Shown here: positions 38,968 to 47,509 of the stretch, piece by piece | Layout: the number at the start of each line of letters is the position of its first letter | How positions within the stretch are numbered: position 1 is the stretch's first letter | Source of the DNA: Gammaproteobacteria bacterium Ga0077536 | GTDB taxonomy: Bacteria; Pseudomonadota; Gammaproteobacteria; Ga0077536 | Reading direction: 5' to 3' | Length of the DNA stretch: 64,000 bases | Assembly (NCBI GenBank): GCA_001464935.1 | Contig: LNEL01000053.1 | Coordinates: 8,897 to 72,896 of the forward strand | The notes under the pieces: generated by a model | What the model was told of the DNA's origin: nothing | The model's input: only the letters and a program-made list of their open reading frames with translations | The model's database searches: none | Position numbers and translations under genes: made by a program

Positions 38968-41765
38968 ACAAACCCGCAGGCCCGCTCGAATCCGCCGGCA
39001 CGGTGCGTTTCTCGCTCGACGGCCGTGCCATCGATGCCCTTGAAGGCGAAACGATCCTGCAGGCGGCCAAGCGCGTCGGGATCGACATTCCGCACCTGTG
39101 CTACAAGGACGGCTACCGGCCTGACGGCAACTGCCGCGCCTGCGTGGTCGAAATCAAGGGCGAGCGCGTGCTCGCCCCCTCCTGCTGCCGCGCGCCGGCG
39201 GCAGACATGGAAGTCCACTCGACCAGCGAACGCGCGCGCCACTCCCAGCGCATGGTGCTCGAACTGCTGAAGTCCGACATGCCGGCGGGCACGCATTCGC
39301 CGTTTACGCCACGCTCCGAACTCGACCACTGGGTCGAGCAACTGGCGGTCGGGCCGAGCCGTTTTCCGCGCCGGCACCAGCCACTGCAGGACCTCTCGAA
39401 TCCTGCGATCGCCGTCAATCTCGAAGCCTGCATCCAGTGCACACGCTGTGTGCGCGCGTGTCGCGAGGAGCAGGTCAACGATGTCATCGGTTACGCGTTC
39501 CGGGGCTCGCATTCGGCCATCGTCTTCGATCTCGACGATCCGATGGGCGACAGCAGCTGCGTGAGCTGTGGTGAATGCGTGCAGGCCTGCCCCACCGGTG
39601 CGCTGATGCCCGCGCAGACCATGGCCGATGCGGTGCCCGATCGCGCGGTCGAATCGACCTGCCCGTATTGTGGCGTCGGCTGCCTGCTCAAATTCAACGT
39701 CAAGGACGATCGCATCATCTATGTCGACGGCCGCGATGGCCCGTCGAATCACAGTCGCCTGTGCGTCAAGGGACGCTATGGCTTTGACTACGTGCATCAT
39801 GAGAACCGCCTGACGCATCCGCTGATCCGCCGCGACGATGCGCCGAAGACGGCGGCGTTGATCCCGCCCGCCGACATGATGAAACACTTCCGCGTGGCCA
39901 CCTGGGAAGAGGCATTGAACCGGTCCGGCGCCGATCTGCGCGCAATCCGCGACCAGTTCGGTCCGCGCGCACTGGCGGGCTTTGGCTCCGCGAAGGGCTC
40001 CAACGAAGAGGCCTACCTGTTCCAGAAACTGGTGCGCACGGGCTTCGGCACGAACAACGTCGATCACTGCACGCGCCTGTGTCATGCGTCATCGGTCGCG
40101 GCGCTGCTCGAGACGATCGGTTCAGGCGCCGTATCGAACCAGGTCGAGGACGTTGCCGACGCCGAGGTCATCGTCATCATCGGCGCGCGCCCGACGGTCA
40201 ATCATCCGGTGGCGGCGACCTTCGTCAAGAACGCGACGAAAGCGGGCAAGAAGCTGATCCTGATGGATCCCTACGGCTCCGACCTCGCGCGTCATGCGGA
40301 TTACTTCCTGCAGTTCCGCCCGGACACCGACGTGCCGATGCTGAACGCGATGATGCACACCATCATCGACGAAGGTCTGCACGACGCCGACTACGTCGCG
40401 CGCAACACCGAGGGCTTCGAGGATCTACGCAAATGCGTCGCCGACTATCCGCCTGAGAAGGTCGCGCCGATATGCGGCATTCCAGCCGACACGCTGCGCG
40501 AGGTGGCCAGGCTCTATGCGACTTCGCGCGGTTCGATGATCTTCTGGGGCATGGGCATTTCGCAGCACGTCCATGGCACCGACAATGCGCGTTGCCTGAT
40601 TTCGCTGGCACTCCTGTGCGGCCAGATCGGGCGGCCTGGCACAGGGCTGCATCCGCTGCGCGGCCAGAACAACGTGCAGGGTGCCTCTGACGTGGGCCTG
40701 ATCCCGATGGTCTACCCCGATTACCAGCGGGTCGACGACGCGCGTGTCCGTGCCAAGTTCGAAAAGCTGTGGGGCACGACGCTGGACCCCGTGCCCGGCC
40801 TGACGGTCGTCGAGATCATGCACGCCATCCATGCCCACCAGATCCGCGGCATGTACATCATGGGCGAGAACCCGGCGATGTCGGACCCCAATCTGAACCA
40901 TGCGCGCGCGGCGCTCGCCGAACTCGAACACCTCGTGGTGCAGGACATCTTCTTCACGGAAACTGCCGGCTTTGCCGACGTGGTGCTGCCCGCCTCCGCC
41001 TTTCCGGAGAAGACAGGCACGTTCACCAACACCGATCGGCGTGTACAACTGGGCAGGCAGGCGATTCCGCCGCCGGGCGAGGCGCGGCAGGACCTCTGGA
41101 TCATCCAGGCCCTCGCCCGCCAGCTTGGGCTCGACTGGCACTACGCGCATCCGCGCGAAGTGTTCAATGAAATGCGCCAGGCCTCGCCGAGTATCGCGGG
41201 CATCACCTGGGAGCGGCTCGAAACCGAACACTCCGTGACCTACCCGTGCGAAGCGGAAGGCGACCCGGGACAGCCGATCCTGTTCCAGCACGGCTTTCCG
41301 ACCCCGAGCGGACGCGGCAAGTTCGTGCCTGCGCACTACTCGCGGGCAGCGGAACTGCCGGATACGCAGTATCCGCTCGTGTTCATCACCGGGCGGCAGC
41401 TCGAGCACTGGCACACGGGCAGCATGACGCGCAATGCGAGCGTGCTGAACGCTATCGAACCAGAACCGGTGGTGTGTGTGAGTCCCGCGAACATGCGGGC
41501 CATCGGCGTGTTGCCGGAAACCTATGTCAAGGTCGAATCGCGCCGGGGCAGCATCACCGCCCGTGTCCGCCAGGATCCGAACGTGCAGCCGGGCACCCTG
41601 TTCATGGCGTTCTGCTACCACGAAGCAGCCGCGAACCTGCTGACCGTCGAGGATCTCGATCCGTTCGGGAAGATTCCCGAGTTCAAGTTCTGCGCAGTGC
41701 GGATTTCACCGGCCGAGGCGCCGGTCGCCAGCGGGAACACGCAGGACACGGTGACGACGGCCTGA
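38964..41765 (+). CDS. fdsA: formate dehydrogenase alpha subunit (molybdopterin, Cys-type)
   Basis: The start is ATG 38964, overlapping the fdsB stop. It has N-terminal 2Fe-2S/4Fe-4S Cys clusters (CIQCTRCVRAC, CVSCGECVQACP, CPYCGVGC) and the MGD domain with HCTRLCHASS. Confidence 0.93.
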   Translation: MNKPAGPLESAGTVRFSLDGRAIDALEGETILQAAKRVGIDIPHLCYKDGYRPDGNCRACVVEIKGERVLAPSCCRAPAADMEVHSTSERARHSQRMVLELLKSDMPAGTHSPFTPRSELDHWVEQLAVGPSRFPRRHQPLQDLSNPAIAVNLEACIQCTRCVRACREEQVNDVIGYAFRGSHSAIVFDLDDPMGDSSCVSCGECVQACPTGALMPAQTMADAVPDRAVESTCPYCGVGCLLKFNVKDDRIIYVDGRDGPSNHSRLCVKGRYGFDYVHHENRLTHPLIRRDDAPKTAALIPPADMMKHFRVATWEEALNRSGADLRAIRDQFGPRALAGFGSAKGSNEEAYLFQKLVRTGFGTNNVDHCTRLCHASSVAALLETIGSGAVSNQVEDVADAEVIVIIGARPTVNHPVAATFVKNATKAGKKLILMDPYGSDLARHADYFLQFRPDTDVPMLNAMMHTIIDEGLHDADYVARNTEGFEDLRKCVADYPPEKVAPICGIPADTLREVARLYATSRGSMIFWGMGISQHVHGTDNARCLISLALLCGQIGRPGTGLHPLRGQNNVQGASDVGLIPMVYPDYQRVDDARVRAKFEKLWGTTLDPVPGLTVVEIMHAIHAHQIRGMYIMGENPAMSDPNLNHARAALAELEHLVVQDIFFTETAGFADVVLPASAFPEKTGTFTNTDRRVQLGRQAIPPPGEARQDLWIIQALARQLGLDWHYAHPREVFNEMRQASPSIAGITWERLETEHSVTYPCEAEGDPGQPILFQHGFPTPSGRGKFVPAHYSRAAELPDTQYPLVFITGRQLEHWHTGSMTRNASVLNAIEPEPVVCVSPANMRAIGVLPETYVKVESRRGSITARVRQDPNVQPGTLFMAFCYHEAAANLLTVEDLDPFGKIPEFKFCAVRISPAEAPVASGNTQDTVTTA

Positions 41766-41987
41766 GCCGGCGTCGTCCGTGTCGGACATCGGCAAGAGTG
41801 TCGAGTCGGGGATGGTCGACTGCCATCGACCGGTGAATCAGCGACCGGACGTCAGCGCTCGAGGGCTGCGCCCCGGCTGCAGCCGGTCACAGCCGGCGGT
41901 CCGGTTCGTCGAAGGTCATTTGATGGCGACTCACAGCGCGCTGTTGAACTGAGGACGCGGCGCAGCCGTTGACCGCTGCACCGATGA

Positions 41988-42764
41988 TCAGCGGGCGGCG
42001 GCGCTCTGCTGGTAGGGCTGCACGGACTGGATGCGCAGCGTTTCGCGCAGCAGCGGCGGCGCTCCCGCTTCCTTCGCAGGCACCTCCGAGCGCACTTCGT
42101 AGACATAGCCTGGCAGTTCATCGGCGACGATGACCGAATAGGACTTGTCGGCAAATTTTTCGAAGGCCTCTCGCTTCGGGTCGTCCTTGTACGGCTCGAA
42201 GCTGATCTGCTTCGCGGCGTACTCACGGCCATCGAAGCTGATCTTCACCGGCTTCACGTCCGCCTGTTCGGCCAGTGCGAACTTGATGCGCCGCTGGAAA
42301 TAGCGCCACCGTTCGCGCGATTTGCCATCCGGATCGGTCAGGCGGTTCATCTCGTACACGTCGCCCTGAAAATAGACCTTGAGCACCGGGTTGACGTCCG
42401 TGCTGTCGGCCGGCGGCACCGGGAAGTTGCGTTGACCGGTGAAGAAATTCACCGACGCCGCCTTCATGCCGTCCGCATGCACTTTCGAGATCGTGAACTC
42501 CACGCGGTCCTCGAACCCTTCTTCGTAAGTGCCATCCTTGACGAACGAATAAGTGATGACCGTTGGCGCCGTGATGGCGCGCAATTGATCGGTCAGCCAC
42601 AGCAGGGTCTCGGCCTCCGAGAACTTGACCTCTTCCGAGGCCGCGGCCGGCGGCGTGTCTGCCGCCACGCAGAACCCGGACCAGGCGGCCAGCAGCGCGG
42701 CGCACAGGCCACCGAGCAGGCGGCTGCGGGCCGGTACGGAAGTCGGGCGCAGTGCCTCAGTCAT
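41988..42764 (-). CDS. secreted protein of unknown function, translationally coupled to the xoxJ-like gene
   Basis: 258 aa. It has a signal peptide (LLGGLCAALLAAWSGFCVAAD) and normal composition. An 8-nt overlap (ATGACTGA) links it to the upstream gene. I do not recognise the family. Confidence 0.68.
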   Translation of the reverse strand: MTEALRPTSVPARSRLLGGLCAALLAAWSGFCVAADTPPAAASEEVKFSEAETLLWLTDQLRAITAPTVITYSFVKDGTYEEGFEDRVEFTISKVHADGMKAASVNFFTGQRNFPVPPADSTDVNPVLKVYFQGDVYEMNRLTDPDGKSRERWRYFQRRIKFALAEQADVKPVKISFDGREYAAKQISFEPYKDDPKREAFEKFADKSYSVIVADELPGYVYEVRSEVPAKEAGAPPLLRETLRIQSVQPYQQSAAAR

Positions 42765-43641
42765 CGTCGTCCTCTTTCGGTTTCTGGTTCAGTTGCAGTT
42801 CGAGCAGCGGCACACCGTAGCTCGCCAGCAACTTGTCGATGTCACCCTGGTTCTTCTCGATCAGTGCATTGAGCTGTTCGAGGCGCTTGTCGTCGCCGTG
42901 TCGCACGGCCATGACGATCTGGAAATCGAACTTGATGCCCTCGTCCTCGTGCAGGGGGACCACGACGAGTTCCGGATGCTTCTTCGCGAGATGTCCGGCG
43001 AGCGGGCCCCACAGGAAGCTCACGTTCGCGTTGCCGCTCATCAATTCGCGCTCGACGACATCGGCCGGGCTCTGCTTCGGGTCACCGGACATCATCGGAT
43101 GCGGTTGCGACTGTTCAATGAGTCCCAGGCGGTAGATCCATTCGGTGGTCGGCCCCTGGTCCCAGATGCCAATCTTGAGCTGCTGCTTCTGTTCGTCAGT
43201 CGCCTGCTTCAGATCCGACTGGGATGCGATCCAGTCGACGCCGGCGCCCTTCCGGTACACCAGCGCCCACGTCGAGCGCATGTACGGGCGGGTGGTGGCG
43301 GCAAGCTCGAAGTTGTCGACCACGCCCATGACGTAGTCGCACTTGTAGCTGCCGTCATCGGTTTCATTGTTCTTCAGCGTCGCGCGGATGAACCCCATGC
43401 GCTGCGGGAACCAGGTATAGGTCGCCTTCTGTCCCAGTTGCGCGGCGAACATTTCCGCAATCCTGTTTTCGTATCCCGCGCCGTCCTCGTGCGACATCGG
43501 CATCGAATACGGCGGCGCACAGACCTTGAATGTCGGGTCATCCCCGGCGCTCGCGCCGAGCGCCAGGCAGCTTGCCGCGCCCGCCAATACCAGCTGTACG
43601 AGGGGGATCAACCGCCAGGGTTGCCTGGTCATCGCGTTCAT
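42757..43641 (-). CDS. xoxJ: MxaJ/XoxJ-like quinoprotein-dehydrogenase-associated periplasmic binding protein
   Basis: The start is taken at ATG 43641 (MNAMTRQPW...) after GAGGAG; ATG 43686 is an alternative. Motifs FKVCAPPYSMPMS...YENRIAEMFA and the SBP type-3 fold resemble MoxJ. Confidence 0.82.
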   Translation of the reverse strand: MNAMTRQPWRLIPLVQLVLAGAASCLALGASAGDDPTFKVCAPPYSMPMSHEDGAGYENRIAEMFAAQLGQKATYTWFPQRMGFIRATLKNNETDDGSYKCDYVMGVVDNFELAATTRPYMRSTWALVYRKGAGVDWIASQSDLKQATDEQKQQLKIGIWDQGPTTEWIYRLGLIEQSQPHPMMSGDPKQSPADVVERELMSGNANVSFLWGPLAGHLAKKHPELVVVPLHEDEGIKFDFQIVMAVRHGDDKRLEQLNALIEKNQGDIDKLLASYGVPLLELQLNQKPKEDDDD

Positions 43642-43690
43642 TGTTGCATCGCTCCTCATCACGTGGCTGGTATCGGCGTCGGGCATGTGC

Positions 43691-44146
43691 TCAGGGCAGC
43701 TTGCCGGCCTTCTGCAGTTCCTGCTTCATTTTCTTGATGGTGCGCGCGACCATGTTCTTGCCGAGCTTGACGTCATTGACGGACTTGTCGAGCGCGTCGA
43801 GGTTCCCCGGTGCACCGTCGCCGACCACGACGGCGCCCACCATGCCGGTGGTCATGTGCGGGTTGCACTTGTAGATATAGGCACCTTCCTTGTCGAGCGT
43901 CACGCTGAAGCCCTCTTCGCCCATCTTGGCCTTCCACTTCTGCGCACCGTCGGGAATCATGCCATCGATGGACTCGGTGTCGTGTCCGGCCATCTGCATG
44001 AACTTGATCGAGTCACCCGGCTTCGCATAGGTCACGAGCGGCACCCAGTTGGTGACCACGCCCTTGATGATGTGCTCCTCCGCCATTGCGTTGGCGCTCA
44101 GGCCCAGACCCAGCGTCATCGCCGCCCAGAATCGAATCGTCGTCAT
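43691..44146 (-). CDS. pseudoazurin (type-1 copper cupredoxin)
   Basis: 151 aa from ATG 44146 after GGAGAAAG. It has a signal peptide. PGDSIKFMQMAGHDTESIDGMIPDGAQKWKAK...GAYIYKCNPHMTTGMVGAVVVGD aligns with Alcaligenes pseudoazurin as I recall it, including the His, Cys, His and Met ligands. Confidence 0.9.
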   Translation of the reverse strand: MTTIRFWAAMTLGLGLSANAMAEEHIIKGVVTNWVPLVTYAKPGDSIKFMQMAGHDTESIDGMIPDGAQKWKAKMGEEGFSVTLDKEGAYIYKCNPHMTTGMVGAVVVGDGAPGNLDALDKSVNDVKLGKNMVARTIKKMKQELQKAGKLP

Positions 44147-44430
44147 TATTGCTTTCTCCAGAACGTGTTTCTCAAAACCAAGCCTGCTGCGGGCGCGCGT
44201 CACTGACGTGCCCTGCGCCTGAATCTATCTCTGGCGCCGTGAATCGGCGCTTAACCCCTGTTCGTCTGCGCGGCCCCGGCCGCACAGTGTTTGCGTTCAC
44301 CCCTCGGGCGGGTGCGCAGAAATCAATATGGATTCCGATGTCCGTCCGGACGACACCGACTGCGTCGCATGTCGAGTCCGTTGGGGTGTGGCAGGCCTCG
44401 GAAGTTCCGCGCGGGAGAGGGCCCACTCGA

Positions 44431-44464
44431 AGAAAACCCGGCACCTTCGAAAAGGTGCCGGGTT
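44431..44464 (-). terminator. rho-independent terminator after xoxF
   Basis: The minus strand reads AACCCGGCACC-TTTTCGAA-GGTGCCGGGTT followed by TTCTTCG. It lies 39 nt after the xoxF stop. Confidence 0.7.
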
Positions 44465-44502
44465 GATCAGCGCTTCAATCCGAAAGCTGACCCAAGGTCA
44501 GC

Positions 44503-46365
44503 TTACGGCAGGCTGAAGACGCTCAGCACGCCACCCAGACGGGTGTAGCTGCCGAGGCCTTTGTACGCGCCCACAGCGCCCAGACCGTCGGTGTCCTGAA
44601 TCAGGCCAGCCGCCATGCCGATACCGGCCCAGCCGCCAACGCCCGACAGCACGCCAACATACTGCTTGCCTTTGTGGCCCCAGGTGTTGACGTTGCCGAT
44701 GATCCCGGACGGGGTCTTGAACTGCCACAGGAGCTTGCCGCTCTTGGCGTCGATCGCTTTGAGGTAGCCCTCGAGCGTGCCGTAGAACACGACGTCGCCC
44801 GCGGTCGCCAGCGCGCCACTCCAGACGGAGAAGCGTTCCGGAATCGACCACACGATCTTGCCTTCGTCAGCATTCCAGGCAATGAAGTTGCCCAGGTTGC
44901 TGTTCTCGGCATTGTTGCCGAACTCCGGACCGGGTGACACCCGACCGGCCGGGAACATGCTGAGGACGGCGTTCACGTACGGCTGACCCGCGACGTATTC
45001 ACCACCGCTGACCGGCTCGTAGTTCATGCAGACGTGGTTCGTCGGCACGTAGAACAGGCCAGTCTTCGGGCTGTACGCCGCCGGCTGCTGGTCTTTCGAA
45101 CCAAGCGCGGCCGGGCAGATGTTCGTCGTGTTGACGTCTTCACCACCCGCGTGGGTGCTGTACTTCGCGACGACCTGCGGCCGGCCCGTCTTCATGTCGA
45201 CGTGCGTGGCCCAGTTCACAGCCGGGTCGAACTTCTCGGCAACCAGCAGTTCGCCAGTCACGCGATCAAGCGTGTAGCCGAAGCCGTTGCGGTCGAAGTG
45301 AACCAGTGCCTTGCGGTCCTGGCCCTTGACCTTCATGTCCACGAGGATCATTTCGTTGATGCCGTCGTAGTCCCACTCGTCGTGCGGGGTCATCTGGTAG
45401 ACCCACTTGGCCACGCCGGTGTCGACGTCACGCGCGAAAATCGTCATCGACCACTTGTTGTCGCCCGGACGAACGACCGGGTTCCAGGTGGACGGGTTGC
45501 CGGATCCATAGAACATCAGGTTCTGTTCTTTGTCGTACGGCCACCAGCCCCAGGTCGAACCGCCACCGATCTTCCACTGGTCACCCTTCCAGGTTTTCAG
45601 CGAGGAGTCCGGGCCGACGGGCTGACCCATCGAGGTCGTCTTCGCGGGATCGATCAGCATGTCCGCATCCGGACCCATGCTGTAGGCGCGCCACACACGC
45701 TTGCCGGTCTTCAGGTCGTAGGCATTCATCCAGCAGCGGACGCCGAACTCGGCGCCGGACATGCCGGTGAACACTTTGTCCTTCATGACATGCGGAGCGT
45801 TGGTGTTCGTCTGGCCAAGCTTGGGATCGCCATTCTTGACCGACCACACGAGGGCGCCGTCTTTCGCGTTCAGCGCGACCAGCGTCGTATCCGCCTGCTG
45901 CAGGATGATCTTGCCGTCGCCGTAGCCGAGACCACGGTTGACCGTGTCGCAGCACATGACCGGAACGGTTTCGTCGTAGTCCTGCACCGGGACGTATTCC
46001 CACACAACTTCGAGCGTATCAAGATTGATCGCGAAGACGTTGTTCGGGAACGCCGCGTGGATGAAGAGCGTGTCGTGCGGCAGACCCGTCGAGGACGACG
46101 GCAGCACCAGCGGACCACCTTCGTGGCCACGCAACACACCCGTGGAGAACGTCCACGCCGCCTGGAGCTTGCCGGCATTCGTGCTGTTGATTTGATTCAA
46201 CTCCGAATAACGCCAGTTCCAGTAGTTACCACCGGGATATACCCAGTAGTTGGGGTCCTGCATCAACTTCTCCAATTCGGCATTTGCCATGACTGCCCCG
46301 GAAGCAGTCACTGCCGTCAGAGAGGCCGCTGCCACGAGCCATCGTTTGAACGATGCTTTTCTCAT
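44503..46365 (-). CDS. xoxF: lanthanide-dependent PQQ methanol/ethanol dehydrogenase, XoxF type
   Basis: 620 aa from ATG 46365 after GAAGGAGGAGG. It has a signal peptide, the vicinal CC ([10 protein letters not shown]), Trp-docking repeats, and [11 protein letters not shown], where the extra Asp after DY is diagnostic for Ln-type XoxF (MxaF has DYAG). Confidence 0.94.
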   Translation of the reverse strand: MRKASFKRWLVAAASLTAVTASGAVMANAELEKLMQDPNYWVYPGGNYWNWRYSELNQINSTNAGKLQAAWTFSTGVLRGHEGGPLVLPSSSTGLPHDTLFIHAAFPNNVFAINLDTLEVVWEYVPVQDYDETVPVMCCDTVNRGLGYGDGKIILQQADTTLVALNAKDGALVWSVKNGDPKLGQTNTNAPHVMKDKVFTGMSGAEFGVRCWMNAYDLKTGKRVWRAYSMGPDADMLIDPAKTTSMGQPVGPDSSLKTWKGDQWKIGGGSTWGWWPYDKEQNLMFYGSGNPSTWNPVVRPGDNKWSMTIFARDVDTGVAKWVYQMTPHDEWDYDGINEMILVDMKVKGQDRKALVHFDRNGFGYTLDRVTGELLVAEKFDPAVNWATHVDMKTGRPQVVAKYSTHAGGEDVNTTNICPAALGSKDQQPAAYSPKTGLFYVPTNHVCMNYEPVSGGEYVAGQPYVNAVLSMFPAGRVSPGPEFGNNAENSNLGNFIAWNADEGKIVWSIPERFSVWSGALATAGDVVFYGTLEGYLKAIDAKSGKLLWQFKTPSGIIGNVNTWGHKGKQYVGVLSGVGGWAGIGMAAGLIQDTDGLGAVGAYKGLGSYTRLGGVLSVFSLP

Positions 46366-46787
46366 GACCTCCTCCTTCACACTATGCTGTTAACAGTTTT
46401 GTGTTGATCTCTACGCAGTTTTGACTCCGCATCGCGCCGAGATCGAGAGCGCGCAACAGAGTATAGCCAAACCGGCACGCACGGCTGTCCGCGCGCGACG
46501 CAAAGTGAATCGATGATGTCGGCCCGGCGGCGGGCCATGAGAATGCTGAACGGGTAACGATCGGGCGCAGCGGGAGCGGAATGCGGGGAGCGGAAACGGC
46601 GAGAGGTGGTCATGCAAACCCTTGTCCAGCGATATTGGTCTCTCACCGCATGACGCATGCGATGCCTGAGCAGTCGACGCGCCTTGACCACATTCCCCAA
46701 AAGGCGCGCCGCCACACTCATGTTGTCTCGCGGAGTCCATGCCACCGCGCCCGACATGGCGTCATCGTGGATGGTGCGAGCGTCCCG

Positions 46788-46815
46788 ATTATAGAGAAAA
46801 ACCGTGCCCCGGCAA
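46788..46815 (-). promoter_or_regulatory. sigma70-like promoter candidate about 420 nt upstream of xoxF
   Basis: The minus strand reads TTGCCG-N16-TATAAT, with a perfect -10. This is sequence-only evidence. Confidence 0.35.
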
Positions 46816-46882
46816 CCCTGCTACCGCATCTGTTGTCGGACCCCGGGGCGGCTGCGAATTCAGCGACTTGCAGTGAAATTTT

Positions 46883-47281
46883 TTACTGCGGTGCAGCGAT
46901 TTTCTTGGGTGCGATGACCGGGACATTGGTCTGGCGCGCGGCGCCCACGAAGCAGCGCTTCTTCGCGTCAGCACGGGCCGTGTCGAGCTTGCCGACCAGC
47001 TCCTTCGCGCGCGGGTTGTCACGGAAGATGCCTCCCTTGTCGCCCGGCATCTGCTTGTAGATCTCGTAGGTGCGCGCCTCGGTGAAATCCTCGAAGCTGA
47101 CCTGCTGCATCAGGACATCCACCGAGCAGCTGCAGCGCTGCAGGTTGTCGATATTCTGGCCGCCGTTTTCCTGCATGCAGGTCAGCACGGAATCGACGCG
47201 GTCCATGGTCGGGTACTCGAAGGCACTGGCCGCGACGGGCGCGCCGAGCACGCCTATCAGCACGATGCTTGCTGTCTTCAT
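46883..47281 (-). CDS. small secreted Cys-containing protein of unknown function
   Basis: 132 aa from ATG 47281 after GTGGAGAAG. It has a signal peptide (MKTASIVLIGVLGAPVAASA) and 4 Cys in the mature part. I do not recognise the family. Confidence 0.62.
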   Translation of the reverse strand: MKTASIVLIGVLGAPVAASAFEYPTMDRVDSVLTCMQENGGQNIDNLQRCSCSVDVLMQQVSFEDFTEARTYEIYKQMPGDKGGIFRDNPRAKELVGKLDTARADAKKRCFVGAARQTNVPVIAPKKIAAPQ

Positions 47282-47509
47282 GGGCTTCTCCACTGGGAAA
47301 CGGGACGCGGGATTGTACTCCGACCGCCGTCCGCCGCTACCCTGTGCGGGGCGGGTGCGGCGCCGGCCGGGTCGTGCCCGCACGGCAAACGATTGTCAGC
47401 GCATGGCGTGTCTGAGACCTGGGCCACAGGGCCCGCCGGCCCGACCATGCGAGGATGCCGGCTGGCAGCGCAAGTCACGCGCATCATTCATCAAGGAGGT
47501 CGTACGTTC

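Noticed and set aside
40425-41621. 398-aa minus-strand ORF, and similar ORFs at 38943..40085, 45034..46407, 50061..51527, 55275..56216 and 56300..57289
   Set aside because: All are antisense or off-frame to genes with strong family signatures (fdsA, xoxF, the VanZ-heparinase gene, the membrane protein, wzm). They are GC-skew artefacts.
38964-41765. Selenocysteine-containing formate dehydrogenase
   Set aside because: There is no in-frame TGA. The active-site position reads Cys (HCTRLCHASS).
41766-41987. Small ORF (37 aa from ATG about 41811) as a candidate fdsD, and palindromes such as CCGGCTGCAGCCGG as terminators
   Set aside because: The ORF is Arg/Pro-rich with no RBS. The palindromes lack T-tracts. 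The region is left as a convergent intergenic region.
42318-42335. EF-hand-like DPDGKS stretch in the unknown secreted protein, considered as a lanmodulin-like lanthanide site
   Set aside because: It is a single short match lacking the full 12-residue DxDxDGxxxxxE loop, with no repeats. The evidence is insufficient.
46450-46490. Possible sigma54 promoter (TGGC...TTGC) upstream of xoxF
   Set aside because: The GG-to-GC spacing is 13 nt instead of the required 11, so it does not fit the -24/-12 consensus.
46377-46757. 126-aa and 109-aa minus-strand ORFs in the xoxF upstream region
   Set aside because: They are Arg-rich with no RBS and no recognisable fold. The region is treated as leader or regulatory.
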